NCBI RefSeq assembly: GCF_004010195.1
Contig: NC_057749.1
Location: 15,503,690 to 15,567,689, forward strand
DNA from: Chiloscyllium plagiosum
Taxonomy: Eukaryota
Length of the DNA stretch: 64,000 nt
Direction: 5' to 3'
Each line of letters opens with the position of its first letter. Positions within the stretch are counted from its first letter, which is position 1. A model generated the notes under the pieces. The model was not told where the DNA came from. It did not search any database and saw only the letters and a program-made list of their open reading frames with translations. A program made the position numbers and the translations under genes. This document shows, one piece after another, positions 50,512-62,047 of the stretch.

Positions 50512-51630
50512 GGGTCATAGAGTCATATAGCACAGAAACAGACCCTTCGGTCCAACTGTCCATGCCGACCATAATCCCACACTAAACTAGTCCCACCTGC
50601 CTGCTCCTGGTCCAAATCCCTCCAAATCTTTCCTATTCGTGCACTTATCCAAATGTCTTTTAAATGTTGTAATTGTAACCACATCCACCACTTCCTCATG
50701 AAATGAACGACGCTCTGTATAAAAATATTTACCCCTCATGTCTTTTTAAAATCTCTCTCCTCTCACCTTAAACATATGCCCCTCATCTTGAAATTCCCCA
50801 ACTGGGTAAAGGACACTTGCCATTAACCCTATCCACACCCCTCATGATTTTATAAACCTCTACAAGGTCACCCCTCAACCTCCTATGCTCCCGTTAAAAA
50901 AAGCCCCAGCCTATCCAGCCTTTCTTTATAACCCAAACCTTCCAAACCCAGCACCATCCTGGTAAATCTCTTCTGAACCCTCTCCTGCTTGATAACATCC
51001 TTCCTATAACTAGGCGACCAAAACTGGACACAGTATCCCAAAAGAGGCCTCGCCAATTGCTGTAAAATATCAACATTATTTCCCAACTCCTATACTCAAA
51101 GAACTGAGACCTTGACTATATGTGATGCAAACTTCACAGATTTATGTATCTGAATCCCTAGGTCCCTCTGTTCTACAACACCACCCAGACCATGAATTGC
51201 AAAAGTCCTGCGCATGTTTGTTTTACCAAAATGCAATACCTCACCTTTGTCCAAATTAAACTCCACCTGCCAGTTTTTAGCCCATTGACCCACTTGATCA
51301 AGAAAACCTTCATGGTTTACAACGTCACCAGTTTTGGTGTTGTCAGCAAACTTACTAACCATGTCTCCTATATTCTCATCCAAATCGTTTATGTAAATGA
51401 CAAAGAGGACCCAGAACTGATCCCTGTGGAACGCCACTAGTCACAAGCCTCCAGCAATCCTCCAATACCTCTGTCTCCTGTTGCTAAAACAATTATGTAT
51501 CCAGTTGGCAAGCTCACTGTGAATCCCTGGTGACCTAACTTGACTAATTAATCTACCACGCGGAACCCTGTAAAAGGCTTGACTAAAGTCCAAGTAAATA
51601 ACATCTACTGCTCTGTCCTCATCAATCTTT
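50512..51630 (-). mobile_element. CR1 LINE RT and 3' end
   Basis: LFVIYINDLD..KFADNTK, WQVEFNLDK, YCVQFWSPSYRKD. Confidence 0.9.
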
Positions 51631-52962
51631 TAGACAAATCAATAGTTTGACAGTCTGGTTACTGCACTAAAGGAAGGATGTGACTGAGCTGGAGGGGGTG
51701 CAGAGGAGATTTACCAGGATGTTCCCTAGGATGGAGCAATTTAGTTATGAAGTGAGTGTTGGTGCTTTGTTTGGAACCAGGAAATATACATAATGTAGAC
51801 AAATGATAACCCTGAACAAGAACAGTGACTCTCACGTCCCTGCAGCCTGTGCTCAACTGGTCCCAAGCTCTGACCCTCCAGGTCATCTAACCAGCTCTCT
51901 TAAAGGGGCAATAGCCCCAACTATGTACATGCTTGGATTGCTTGCTTGGAGCAGAGGGGGTGGGGTGGTGGTGTTTGTGACTTGAGTGAGGTATGTAAGA
52001 TTATGAGGAGAATGGCACGGTGGTTAAAACGCTGTTGTTGTCACTTAGTTGAAGGGTCAATAGCAAGGGGGGAGTCATTTAAGGCGAAAGGCAGAGGGTA
52101 TTTGACAACAGTAATTTCAGGCAGAAAGTGGTGGGATTCTGGAATGCACTGCCTGGGATGGTAGTTGAGGCAAGAAACTTCACAATCTTTAAAAAGTACT
52201 TGGATAAGTACTTGAAATATCATTACATTCAGGGCTATGGGTCAAGTGCTGGAAAGTGGGACTAGTGTAGATTTAGAGTAGTATTACTAATGATGGACTC
52301 AATGGGCTGAAGGGCCTCTTCTGTACTGAATGATTCTGTGATTGTATGATTTTGTAAACATTGAGGTACTGACCGTGAAGCTGAGGGAATCAAATATAGC
52401 AAAGAGCACTGAAGTAGACATTTCGCTCATGTATCCAGGTTCAAGGAGACCCTGGTGATCTTCACGAATGTTCCTCAAATCTCCTCTTGGATTTCATCTT
52501 AAAATTATTGCCCTTTGACTAAAGAGAAGAACAGCTTATGTTTGACTCACCGTATGTAAGATCCACGATCTTAACTGGACATTTGGACAGTGGTAGGAAC
52601 AGGAATTCAGGAAACCTGGGCAGTAGGAGTCCACTACCTCAAAACGCACAGCTTGATGTGAGGGAAATGATGGCTATAATTTAGTGGGAGTTAAATTGCC
52701 ACCTGCGTGTTAACCTCACTGCTTTTCCTCTTGCCTCACCAGCCCAGCTTTCAAACAGCAGGAAGTGTTAATAATGGGATCAAGAATTCTGAACTGGAAA
52801 CAGGGATCACAGAACAAGTCACTCAATATCACTTCAAAACACCACCTTTCTCCCCGGCCAACATCTCTGTCTCAGGCTTGCTGCAGTGCTCCAATGAAGC
52901 TCAGCACAAACTGGAAGAACGGCACCTCATTTTCTGTTTGGGAACTCTTCAGCCTTCTGGAC

Positions 52963-53817
52963 TCTAGATTTCCAAAAGGCCTTTGACAAGGTGCCATACA
53001 AGAGGCTGTTGCATAAAATAAGGATGCATGGAGTTAGGGGTAAAGTATTAGCATGGACAGAGGGTTTGTTGACTAACAGGAAGCAAAGAGTGGAGATATA
53101 TGAGTGTTATTCTGGCTGGCAATCAGTGTCTAGTGGTGTGCCTCAGGGATCAGTGTTGGGACTGCAATTAGACACAATTTATATGGATGATTTGGAGTTG
53201 GGGACCATTTGTAGGGTGTCAAAGATGAATGGCAAAGCGTGCAGAGCGCAGTGAAACTTTGCAGAGGAACAAATACATTGAATGAGTGGGCAAAGATTGG
53301 CAGATGGAATACAATGTAAATAACTGTGAAGTCATACATCTTGGTAGGAGTAACAGTAAAAAGGATTATTACTTGAATGGTAAAAAGTTGCAGCATGCTG
53401 CAATGCAGAGGGACCTGGGTGTCCTTGTGCATGAATCACAGAAGGTTGGCCTGCAGGTACAACAGATAATTAGGAAGGTAAATAGGAAGGTAAATGGAAT
53501 TTTGTCCTTCATTGTGAAAGGGATTGAGTTTAAAAGCAGGGAGGTTATGTTGCAGCTGTACAGGGTGTTGGTGAGGCCACACCTGGAGTACTGCGTGCAG
53601 TTTTGGTCTCCTTACTGGTCTCCTTACTTGAGAAAGAATGTACCAGCACTGCAGGGGGTGCAGAGGAGGTTCACGAAGTTGATTCCGGAGAAGGGGGGTT
53701 GGCTTATGAGGAAGACTGAGTAGACTGGGGCTATTTTCATTGGAATTTAGAAGATTGAGGGGGGACTTATAGAGACATATAAAATTATGAAGGGAATAGA
53801 TAAGATAGAAGTAGAGG
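52963..53817 (+). mobile_element. CR1 LINE RT fragment
   Basis: DFQKAFDKVP, GVPQGSVLG, WQMEYNV, LVRPHLEYCVQFWSP. Confidence 0.9.
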
Positions 53818-53824
53818 TGAAGCA

Positions 53825-54365
53825 AGGGCTTGTTATCACCTAGTCTGCTATTACAAACAACCCATTACTAGCCAATAATAGTCCCCTTTAATAGCTATTC
53901 ATTCTCCTAGCCTGATCGTTATCCACTCCTTTGTCTGTCCAACTATCCTTCTTTTCTCTTTGGGCTCTATCTCCACCTATCACTTACTCCTTATCCCCTC
54001 CCCCTACTCTATCTTCTGCATAAAAACCAACATTTTCCTAGTTAAGAATCACATAACACCAGGTTATAGTCCAACAGGCTTAATTAGAAGCACTAGCTTT
54101 CAGAGCACCACTCTTTCATCAGGTGGTTGTGTGGAGCAGCGCTCTGAAAGATAGTACTTCCAATTAAACTTGTTGGACTATAACCTGGTGTTGTGTGATC
54201 TTTAACTTTGTACACCCCAGTCCAACACCGGCATCTCTGAATCATAACATTTTCCTAGCCACCATAACTTCTGAGGAAAGGTCACTCAACCTGAAATGTT
54301 AACTCTGATTTTTCTTCACAGATGCTCCACACTTTCTGAACTTTTCCAGCAATTTCTGTTTTTGA
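53825..54365 (+). mobile_element. Penelope-like 3' UTR with a nested palindromic insertion of a different Penelope family (54042-54245)
   Basis: 13-bp TSD aacattttcctag 54029-54041 / 54246-54258; inverted arms aacaccaggttatagtccaaca / tgttggactataacctggtgtt; host ends ctgaggaaaggtcac...gttaactctg...cagatgct. Confidence 0.75.
54091..54125 (-). ncRNA. Minimal type-I hammerhead ribozyme motif, third family
   Basis: Minus strand CAC-CUGAUGA-A-AGAGU-GGU-GCUCU-GAAA-GC-UA-GUG; palindromic AGCU stem III, 3-bp stem I. Confidence 0.68.
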
Positions 54366-54887
54366 ACTCAATATCCACACAGTTCCGGATTGAGGCATTG
54401 TGCCAGTGAGGCATACCTGTATTTATTAACCTGGCTTTTTTTTTTCTCTGTCAGAGGTTGGTGACCTCCTGTTCATTTCCTTTATTTCCTGCTTATTTTA
54501 GAAAGAAATGCAAAAACATAGTAATTATTTTGCTCCAACTCACAGTGGCTTGCAATTAGCTTCAGTTAAAAAAATTTTATTCAAATGTGGTTTAGGCTTC
54601 CTGAATGTGTGCAGTGACACAGTGATTAGATTTAAATCACACAGCCATTTGAATGTGTTCTACTCCAGGGTATACTACAAAAGGCAAAAGTACATATCTG
54701 CACTGTGCATCTTAATTAGTTAAAAAAAGGGTGTCTCATTTCTTAGATATAATTGCATATTTAACCAAGTTTTAACCCCTGATTTCATTTTTACATTGAA
54801 TTCTACAGAATTTATAGCACACAAAAATGCCCAAATGGCCAATTCTGTTTTTCTGTGGGTTCTTATATTCATATAAGCTTAGGCTTG

Positions 54888-55114
54888 TGAAGTAACTTCC
54901 TACAGGCCAGTATCCTGTCACCAAGTTCCCCTTAATTTCCACATGAACAGTCCTTGACTTTAGCACTGACTCATTCAGAGTCAGGTACCAGAGTGACAGT
55001 ATCCCTGACATCCAACCTTTTCATGTCAGCTAGGGGTCCCTGATTGGACCAGATTGACAGCCCCAACTCCTATTCTATGAGATCCAACTGGCTGACCTCG
55101 TTCCAATCACTGAA
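54888..55114 (-). mobile_element. Solo LTR of the Gypsy family
   Basis: Homologous to 16611-16829; 5-bp TSD gcttg 54883-54887 / 55115-55119. Confidence 0.85.
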
Positions 55115-55543
55115 GCTTGATGTTTCTTTAGACAATATGGAAGAAAAATATATACATGACATGGAGCTCCCACTCTGAGCTTTACAAGTTGCCATCTTCT
55201 AGCACAATCTGCAACACATGACCATTCTGTTCTGAGGAAAGGTCACTGGACCCAAAACCTTAACTCTGATTTCTCTCCACAGATGCTACCAGACCTGCTG
55301 AGTTTTTGATTTCTGATTTACAGCAGCTGCAGTTCTTTCGGTATTTAGTTATATGGTGCAATTGCACATTTGCACCGATAATGATCACTTCCAAAATGAA
55401 TCTAACCATCTCCCCTTGACATTCAATGGCATTGCCATTATTCTGTGCCCCACCATTGACCAGAAAATGAACTGAACCATCCCTACAACTGTGACTGAGA
55501 GAGCAGGTCAGCAGGCTGGAATCTTGCAGTGAAGGAACTCACT

Positions 55544-56931
55544 GGGAGAACTAGTCATTTGGATACAGAACTGGCTCCAAGGTAAAAGGTAGAAGAGGAT
55601 GGTGGTGGAGGGTTGCCTTTCAGACTGGAGGCCTGTGACCAGTGGTGTGCCACAAGGATTGGTTTTGGGTCCACTGCTTTTCATCTTTTATATAAATGGT
55701 TTGGATGTGAACATAGGAGGTATTGTTAGTAAATTTACAGATGACTCCAAAATTGGAGGTGTGTTGGACAGTGAAGAAGGTTACCTCAGAGTGTAACGGG
55801 ATCTCGATCAGATGGACCAATGGGCTGAAGAGTAGGAGATGGATTTTAATTTAGATAAATGTGAGGTGTTGCATTTTAGAAAGGCAAATCAGGGCAGGAC
55901 TTATATACTTAATGATAAGGATCTGGGAAGTATTGCTGAACAAAGAGACCTTGGAGTGCAGGTTCATAGTTCCTTGAAAGTGGACTCACAGGTGGATAGG
56001 ATAGTGAAGAAGACGTTTGATATGCTTTCCTTTATTGGTCAGAGCACTGAATATAAGAGTTGGGAGTTCATGTTATGGCAGTACAGGACATTGGTTAGGC
56101 CACTCTTGGAATACTGTGTGCAATTCTGGTCTCCCTCTTATTGGAAAGTTGAAAGGATTCAGAAAAAAATTACAAGGATGTTGCCAGGGTTGGAGGATGT
56201 GAGCTATGGTGCCTCAGTGGTAGCACTGCTGCCTAAAAGAACCAAGGACTCAGGCTCGCTTCCAGCCTTGGACACCAGTCTGTGTGGAGTTTGCATATTA
56301 TCCCCGTGTCTGCGTGGGTTTCCTCCCACTGTCTAAAGATATGCAGGTCAAGTGAATGGGTCATGCTAAACTGCCCATAGTTTTAGGTGCATTAGTCAGA
56401 GGGAAATGGGTCTGGGTGGGTTACTTTTCGGAGGGTCAGTGTGGACTTGTTGGGCTGAAGGGTCTGTTCCCACACTGTACGGAATCTAATCTAAAAAGAA
56501 AGAGGCTGAATAGGTTGGGGATGTTTTTCCTGGAGCATTGGATGCTGAGTGGTGGCCTTATAGACTTTTATAAAATCATGAGGGGCATGGATAGGGTAAA
56601 TAGACAAGGTCTTTTCCCTGGGGTGGTGGAGTCCAGAACTAGACAGCATAGATTTAGGATGAAAGGTGAAAAATTTAAAAGGTACCTAAGGGGCATTCTT
56701 TTCATGCAGAAGATGGTGCATGTATGGAAAGGACTGCCAAAGGATGTGGTGGTGGCCAGAACAATTACAACATTTAAAAGGCATCTGGATGGGTATATGA
56801 ATAGGAAGGGTTTGGAGGGATATGGACAAATGCTGGCAAATGGGATAGATTAGGTTGGAATATCTGGTCAGCGTGGAAAAGTTGGACCAAAGGGTCTGTT
56901 TCTGTGTTGTACATTTCTATGACTCTATGAC
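55544..56931 (+). mobile_element. CR1 LINE RT and 3' end, nested in an old LINE copy (~55400-57815)
   Basis: GVPQGLVLGPLLF, KFTDDSK, LVRPLLEYCVQFWSP; tail (ctatgact)n. Confidence 0.92.
56207..56493 (+). mobile_element. HE1-type SINE nested in CR1
   Basis: Splits the CR1 at gagctat|agaggctgaatagg; V-domain and (aatct)n tail. Confidence 0.87.
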
Positions 56932-57339
56932 GTCCAGTCTCCACAAAGCCTGTTCACCATCTATAAAGCACAGGTTAGGATTGTGATGGCCTGCAAGTCA
57001 CTTGCCTGGATGAGTGCAGCTCCAAAAACACTCAACACAATCCAGAACAAAGCAATCCCACTGGATTGGCACCCCATTCATCCTATTGTACATTCAACCC
57101 ACCCAACAGTATGTACCATGTACAAGATGCAATTCAACAATTTGCCAAGGAACCATCAACATCACCTTCCAAATCTATGACAGCTATCAATTAACAGCAT
57201 GACCTATAGGTTCCTCTCCAAGTTGTGCACTAACCTGTCTTGGAAATATAATGCTATTCATTCAGTGTCACTGGGTCAAAGTCCTGAAAGTCTCTCCCTA
57301 TAGCTTAGTGGGCATCCCTATGACCCAAGGAATGCAGCA

Positions 57340-57714
57340 GAAGGGTTGTTTTCTCTGGATTGTTGGAAGCTGGGGAGAGACTTGATAGAAATCTATAAAC
57401 TTATGAGATGCACAGATAAGGTTGACAGCCAAAGGAGATGTGAGTGGCAAGTTTTTTACACAAAGTGTGGTAGGTGTTTGGAATGCGTTGCCAAGGGTGA
57501 TTGTGGAAGTAGGTACTGGAGAATCATTTAAGAGACATTGAGATAAGCACATGAATATGCAAAGATATGGACCAAGGGCAGGTGGAAGGGATTAGTTTAA
57601 TTTGGAGTCATGTTCGGCAAAACATCGTGGGACAAAGGGCCCGTTCCTGTGCCGTACAGTTCTATGTTCTATGTTCTATTGTGTATGTTCTATGATCTAT
57701 GTTCTATGTTCTAT
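57340..57714 (+). mobile_element. CR1-type LINE 3' end with (ttctatg)n tail
   Basis: LGRDLIEIYKLMR; tandem tail 57659-57714. Confidence 0.78.
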
Positions 57715-58939
57715 TTCAAGCATCTTATCACCATCTTCTCCAGGGCAATTAGGAATGAGCAGCAAATGGTGACCTAACCAGTGAAGTCTATATCCCATTA
57801 AACAACTATAAAAAAGAAGAGAGGCCTTTCAGCCCATGGTGATTGTGCTACAAGTTTGCAAAGAATTATCCAATTTATCCCAACTCCAGAGCCCTTGTCC
57901 ATCCCCCACATCCTCCACTCAGTACTCTATATTGCATCCAAGTTTTATTGCCTTTTTAGAGGCTATTTTAACTGTTTTATGAACTTCTATAAAATAGGCT
58001 ACCTCACCTTTGGATTTGAATGATAGTTTCAAATGTCAGAGGTCTTGTGTAGGAGGTCTGTAAAGATCTTCATCATGCTATTCAGATTAAAATCAGACTT
58101 TATTGGAATGTGTAAATAAAGAAAAAAGTATTGAATCAGAGAGCTAATGTTAAGTAAATAGTTTCCTTTCGTGTGTAAATGTATTCAAAGAAGCAAGTGA
58201 TATTCACAGAGCAAATAATGATGGCAAGGGACTTCATGTCAATAAGCATCTTCTGAAATGAGTGGTATGGGAAATATCAAACTTCTCTTAAATATCTCTA
58301 ACTCACATTTTGAATTATACACAGACAATAATTAAAGAAATATGAGGGATATCTAGCAACATATTTAAATATAATGGTTCCTTTACAACTGGGGAGGAAT
58401 GAAATTTGATTGTCTTGTGACAATGTTCCAAAAGGAGAGAAGGAATATCAGGAGAGTTTGCCCATTAGCCAGTGTTCTAGTGGCAAGGCTCCACAATGTT
58501 GGTGGTTGGAGAATTTATCCTGAGGGCTTTAACTTCAGGAATCACTCTGACTCTGGAGGACAGTGTAAAGGTGGAGGCTACCTCACTGAACCTGGGTTTA
58601 TCACCCTCTGTACTGTCAGTATAACTGTGTGGTATCAAATCAAAAAAGCTCAATAGATTGTCTTAAAGGTGTATTTTAAGAACACATACTGTCTCTGAAA
58701 CATTATTCATCAGGTGGGGGTAAAGCTGTACATGCATGTGATCTCTCATTGCCCTACTTGACAACACTGACTCCACTTCAAAAATATTTCATTGGCTGCA
58801 AATTGCTTTGAGATTCCGGTGCACATAAATACCAGGTTTTCTTTCTTATAGTGTGAAAAATGTTAATATGACACAAAGTACAGCCTACAGTATTGACATT
58901 GGACATGGTCCAAAGGAGATTTATTTGATTCATACTTGG

Positions 58940-59340
58940 ATACAAGGGCCTGATGAATTGTATACTAGGCTGTTAAAGGAAGCCAGTGAGATTCTTCGAG
59001 GATCATTTTCCAATCCTAATTAGATACAGGTGAGGTACCAGAGGACAGGAGGTCAGCAAATGTAGCAGACAAATAATTATAAGCCAGTAAGTCTGACCTC
59101 AGTGGTGGGGAAATTATTAAAATCAATTTTGGGAGAAAAGAGTAGCAGTAACTTCGAGAGGCTAGGATTAATCAGGGATAGTCAGCATAGACTTGTTAAG
59201 GGAATGTCATGTCTCACCAACTGAATTGTATGTATTGAGGAAGTAACAAGGAGGATTGCTGAAAGTTGTGCAGTGGTTGTCTACATGGATTTTAGAAAGG
59301 CATTTGACAGGGCAACACATGGCAGGCTCCTAAGAAAAAA
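58940..59340 (+). mobile_element. CR1 LINE RT N-terminal fragment, decayed
   Basis: aattataagccagtaagtctgacctcagtggtggggaaa (NYKPVSLTSVVGK); tacatggattttagaaaggcatttgac (YMDFRKAFD). Confidence 0.8.
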
Positions 59341-60899
59341 TCCATCACACTCCTGACTTGTAAAAGGTGCTTTGTATATGAACAGGTAATGGAGTAACAA
59401 GAGGTGAGGTCTTCCCTTTCGGAGTCCCTATGTACGCACTAGAATAATTGTGCTTGTATGCCATGTATATGCTAGAGTGCTCCTCTGTCTTTGTGTGTGT
59501 GTGTGTGAAAGCAGCAGTGGGTTTGGCTGTGGAGCTGCTCATAGTTGAAGCCCTCCAATACTTATCAATACTGACTGAGCCACCAGTAAAAGGCTGTGGC
59601 TGTAGAGAACCGCATCCAAACTTGAATGAGACTTTGAAGCGAAAATACGGACGAGATTCAGGATAAAGCACGGTTGCAAATTCACTATTTGATACCTGAA
59701 TTAAACTTATAGTTCACTGATCAACAAATTGTTTACATTTCCATACGGCGGCATGCAGTATTCCATCTAAAAAAACTGTACTAACTCAAAATACAACAGC
59801 GACTGAAGTAAATCCCAACCTTCGTTCATAGTCAAGAGAGACCAGTCCTTAACATACATTTACCGAAGTGTTCTGCGCGGTTTCTCCATATTTAACAGTC
59901 TCGTTCAGGGAGGCAAGGTATTTTTGAAGGTAGGCACTGGGCTCTGCAAAAATGGAACTGTTACGTTGTCAATAATGAACGGCATTAACTCGGAGCAAAG
60001 TGAGTTCACATATTCGCTCAGACAGTAGCATTGTTTGAGTTGGAATCTTTAGCAGAATTGTGGGGTTCAGTGTTGCTGCTAAACTCGGTGAGTTTGAGTC
60101 TCAGTCCAGAATCCGGAGCACATTTGGAAAGCTATCAATTCAATGGGGACATCAAGAGGGTTGGAGATGAACCAAAGCGCTAAACTGCGCTCGGTCTGCC
60201 TGCACAAATGGATGTGAAACATCCTGGGGCAATCTTCCAAGGAATGGCAAGAAAGTTCTCTCAGTTTCCAACCTGGTAATCTTTCCTCAACCACAGAAAC
60301 TGGTTTATTTATCACATTGGTGCTTATGGGACGTTCATTAGCTGAAACGGACAGATTCGCCAACTTCGAAATAAAAGGTCATTGGTTGCACGAATCCCTG
60401 TGGAAAATCCCTAGGAACAAAAAAAAATGCAAGCTCTTTCTTAATTGAACACCTTAAGGACGCTGTGTCCTCATTAAAAGTGAAAGATAGAACTCAACTG
60501 TAAAACCTTGGTGTACCCAGTGCCAAGAGTTCATTAAAACAGAACAAGTAGAGTGGATCCGAACCGATACCAATGGGAACTGCAACACCCCGCTAACAAC
60601 ACAGCAACATTACAGCACTTAGCACTGCCAGAGACATCAGAATGGTTGATTTAAATAAATAATTCAGCACATCAGGAATACAGTTCAGCATTTTTAGCTG
60701 CTTTAAATCTTTCCTTATACCACTCTTTTCTTCCTCTGACTATTAATCAAACCGCGCTTTTTAACAAAAATAACTTTTCAAACGCGAGTTACTTTCGGAA
60801 TGAGGCTTTGCAGTTGTTCAGACTTTCAGATTGAAATGTATCTGTGTTCCCCATCCACCCCCATCCCCCTTCATCAGACTGTGTGAAGACTAGTGTTGT

Positions 60900-61076
60900 G
60901 CGATTGGAGCTGGCTGATTTGGTCACTGCTGAGCGGGAGTGAACCATTTTTTGTTGTACCTTTCAACAATAACAAAAAAAAACTTCAATGTACCAATCGC
61001 CAAGGCTGAATAGCTCGCCGTTAAAACTGGGAGGAGCATGTGAGTGCTTATAGATCAGCAATGCTCTTCTATAAAA
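60900..61076 (+). promoter_or_regulatory. CART proximal promoter: paired inverted CCAAT boxes and TATA box
   Basis: GCGATTGG 60900-60907, CCAATCGC 60993-61000, TATAAAA 61070-61076 (~90 bp before the ATG, no intervening ATG). Confidence 0.7.
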
Positions 61077-61149
61077 AGCTGGGTCCCTGATTGAGAAGCC
61101 AAACGCTGTGAAACATTCCAAGTCTACTTCTGTTGAGGGTGAGCCTCTG

Positions 61150-61170
61150 TTCAGCACCATGGAGAGCGAC
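61150..61170 (+). promoter_or_regulatory. RE1/NRSE (REST/NRSF site) overlapping the CART start codon
   Basis: TTCAGCACCATGGAGAGCGAC versus consensus TTCAGCACCnnGGAnAGCGCC: both half-sites with canonical 2-bp spacing. Confidence 0.85.
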
Positions 61171-61302
61171 CGTCTACTCGCCGCTATCTACCTCTCTGTC
61201 CTTCTGTCTCTGGCCAGCGGCTCTGACAACTCGGATTTGGAGACCAGAGCCCTGAGAGACTTCTACCCCAAAGATCCATACCCTTCCAGCGAAAAGGAAC
61301 TG
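61159..61302 (+). CDS. cartpt: Cocaine- and amphetamine-regulated transcript prepropeptide, coding exon 1 (signal peptide + N-terminal propeptide)
   Basis: MESDRLLAAIYLSVLLSLASGSDNSDLETRALRDFYPKDPYPSSEKEL; Kozak accATGg; phase-0 donor CTG|gtcagt at 61303. Confidence 0.95.
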
Positions 61303-61424
61303 GTCAGTATTATATCCTCTTTTTTATTTCCTTAACTAACGGTTTCTTGGGTGTGCCTAACAGAAGGAGACAGATGAGGTACTGTTTAACGTTCATAGTC
61401 ATTAGTGTGAACATTTGGCAACAT

Positions 61425-61525
61425 AAAAGCAGCTAGCTGTGGATGCTGGGAACCTGAAATTAAAAACAGACACTCAGCAAGTCTGGCAGCATCTGTGAGG
61501 AGAGAGAGAGAAAAAACAGAGTTCT
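61425..61525 (-). mobile_element. Penelope-like 3' UTR remnant in CART intron 1
   Basis: gatgctgggaacctgaaattaaaaacaga...ctcagcaagtctggcagcatctgtg as at 47160-47250. Confidence 0.6.
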
Positions 61526-61963
61526 GTTACCGTTTGCCTATTGAATGTGCCTTTGTTTTAAAGAAATTTGTCGAAGATGTTGATCTGACCCTTTTTTTAA
61601 AGAAAAAGACATTGAAAGTTTTAAGCACAACGATTATTTGAAGTGAGCAAACACCTGAGTAAAGGGATTGGAGATGGAGGGCACGAAATTCCCACCATGA
61701 CAGCGTGTGAGGGGTAACTTCAATGGATTCAGTCAGTTTCTTGATGAGTCGGTGGGTGGTTTTTTTTGGGGGGGGGGGGGTGCGTGTTAAAATGTTGTAG
61801 GAAGCATTCCATTTGGCTCAGATATTATGGCAGTCCTGTGATCCCAATAATTCGTGGAGGAGTTCCGACTCCATTTCAGGTTCTTGTACTCAAGCCAATT
61901 CGATAAAAATGCTTTAAACGGCTGATTTATTTATTTTTTAATGTGACCTGGTTTGGCCCACAG

Positions 61964-62047
61964 CTCGGAGCACTGCAAGAAGTCTTGGAAAAACTGCAGA
62001 CGAAACGGCTCCCCGCCTGGGAAAAGAAGTTTGGACAAGTCCCACTG
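61964..62047 (+). CDS. cartpt: CART prepropeptide, coding exon 2 (84 nt); gene incomplete in window
   Basis: cag|LGALQEVLEKLQTKRLPAWEKKFGQVPL|gtaacg; KR and KK convertase sites; matches vertebrate CART exon 2 (…ALQEVL.KL..KR.P..EKK.GQVP.). Confidence 0.97.

Noticed and set aside
59345..59671. Overlapping 108-aa and 72-aa ORFs upstream of CART
   Set aside because: No homology or splice structure recognised; contain a short GT repeat
60663..60690. Additional RE1 left half-sites (ttcagcac; also ~63125)
   Set aside because: No properly spaced right half-site
61108..61335. ORF-track 75-aa ORF starting at GTG 61108 and reading past the donor
   Set aside because: The true start is ATG 61159 (Kozak context, signal peptide); the tail VSIISSFLFP is intron 1
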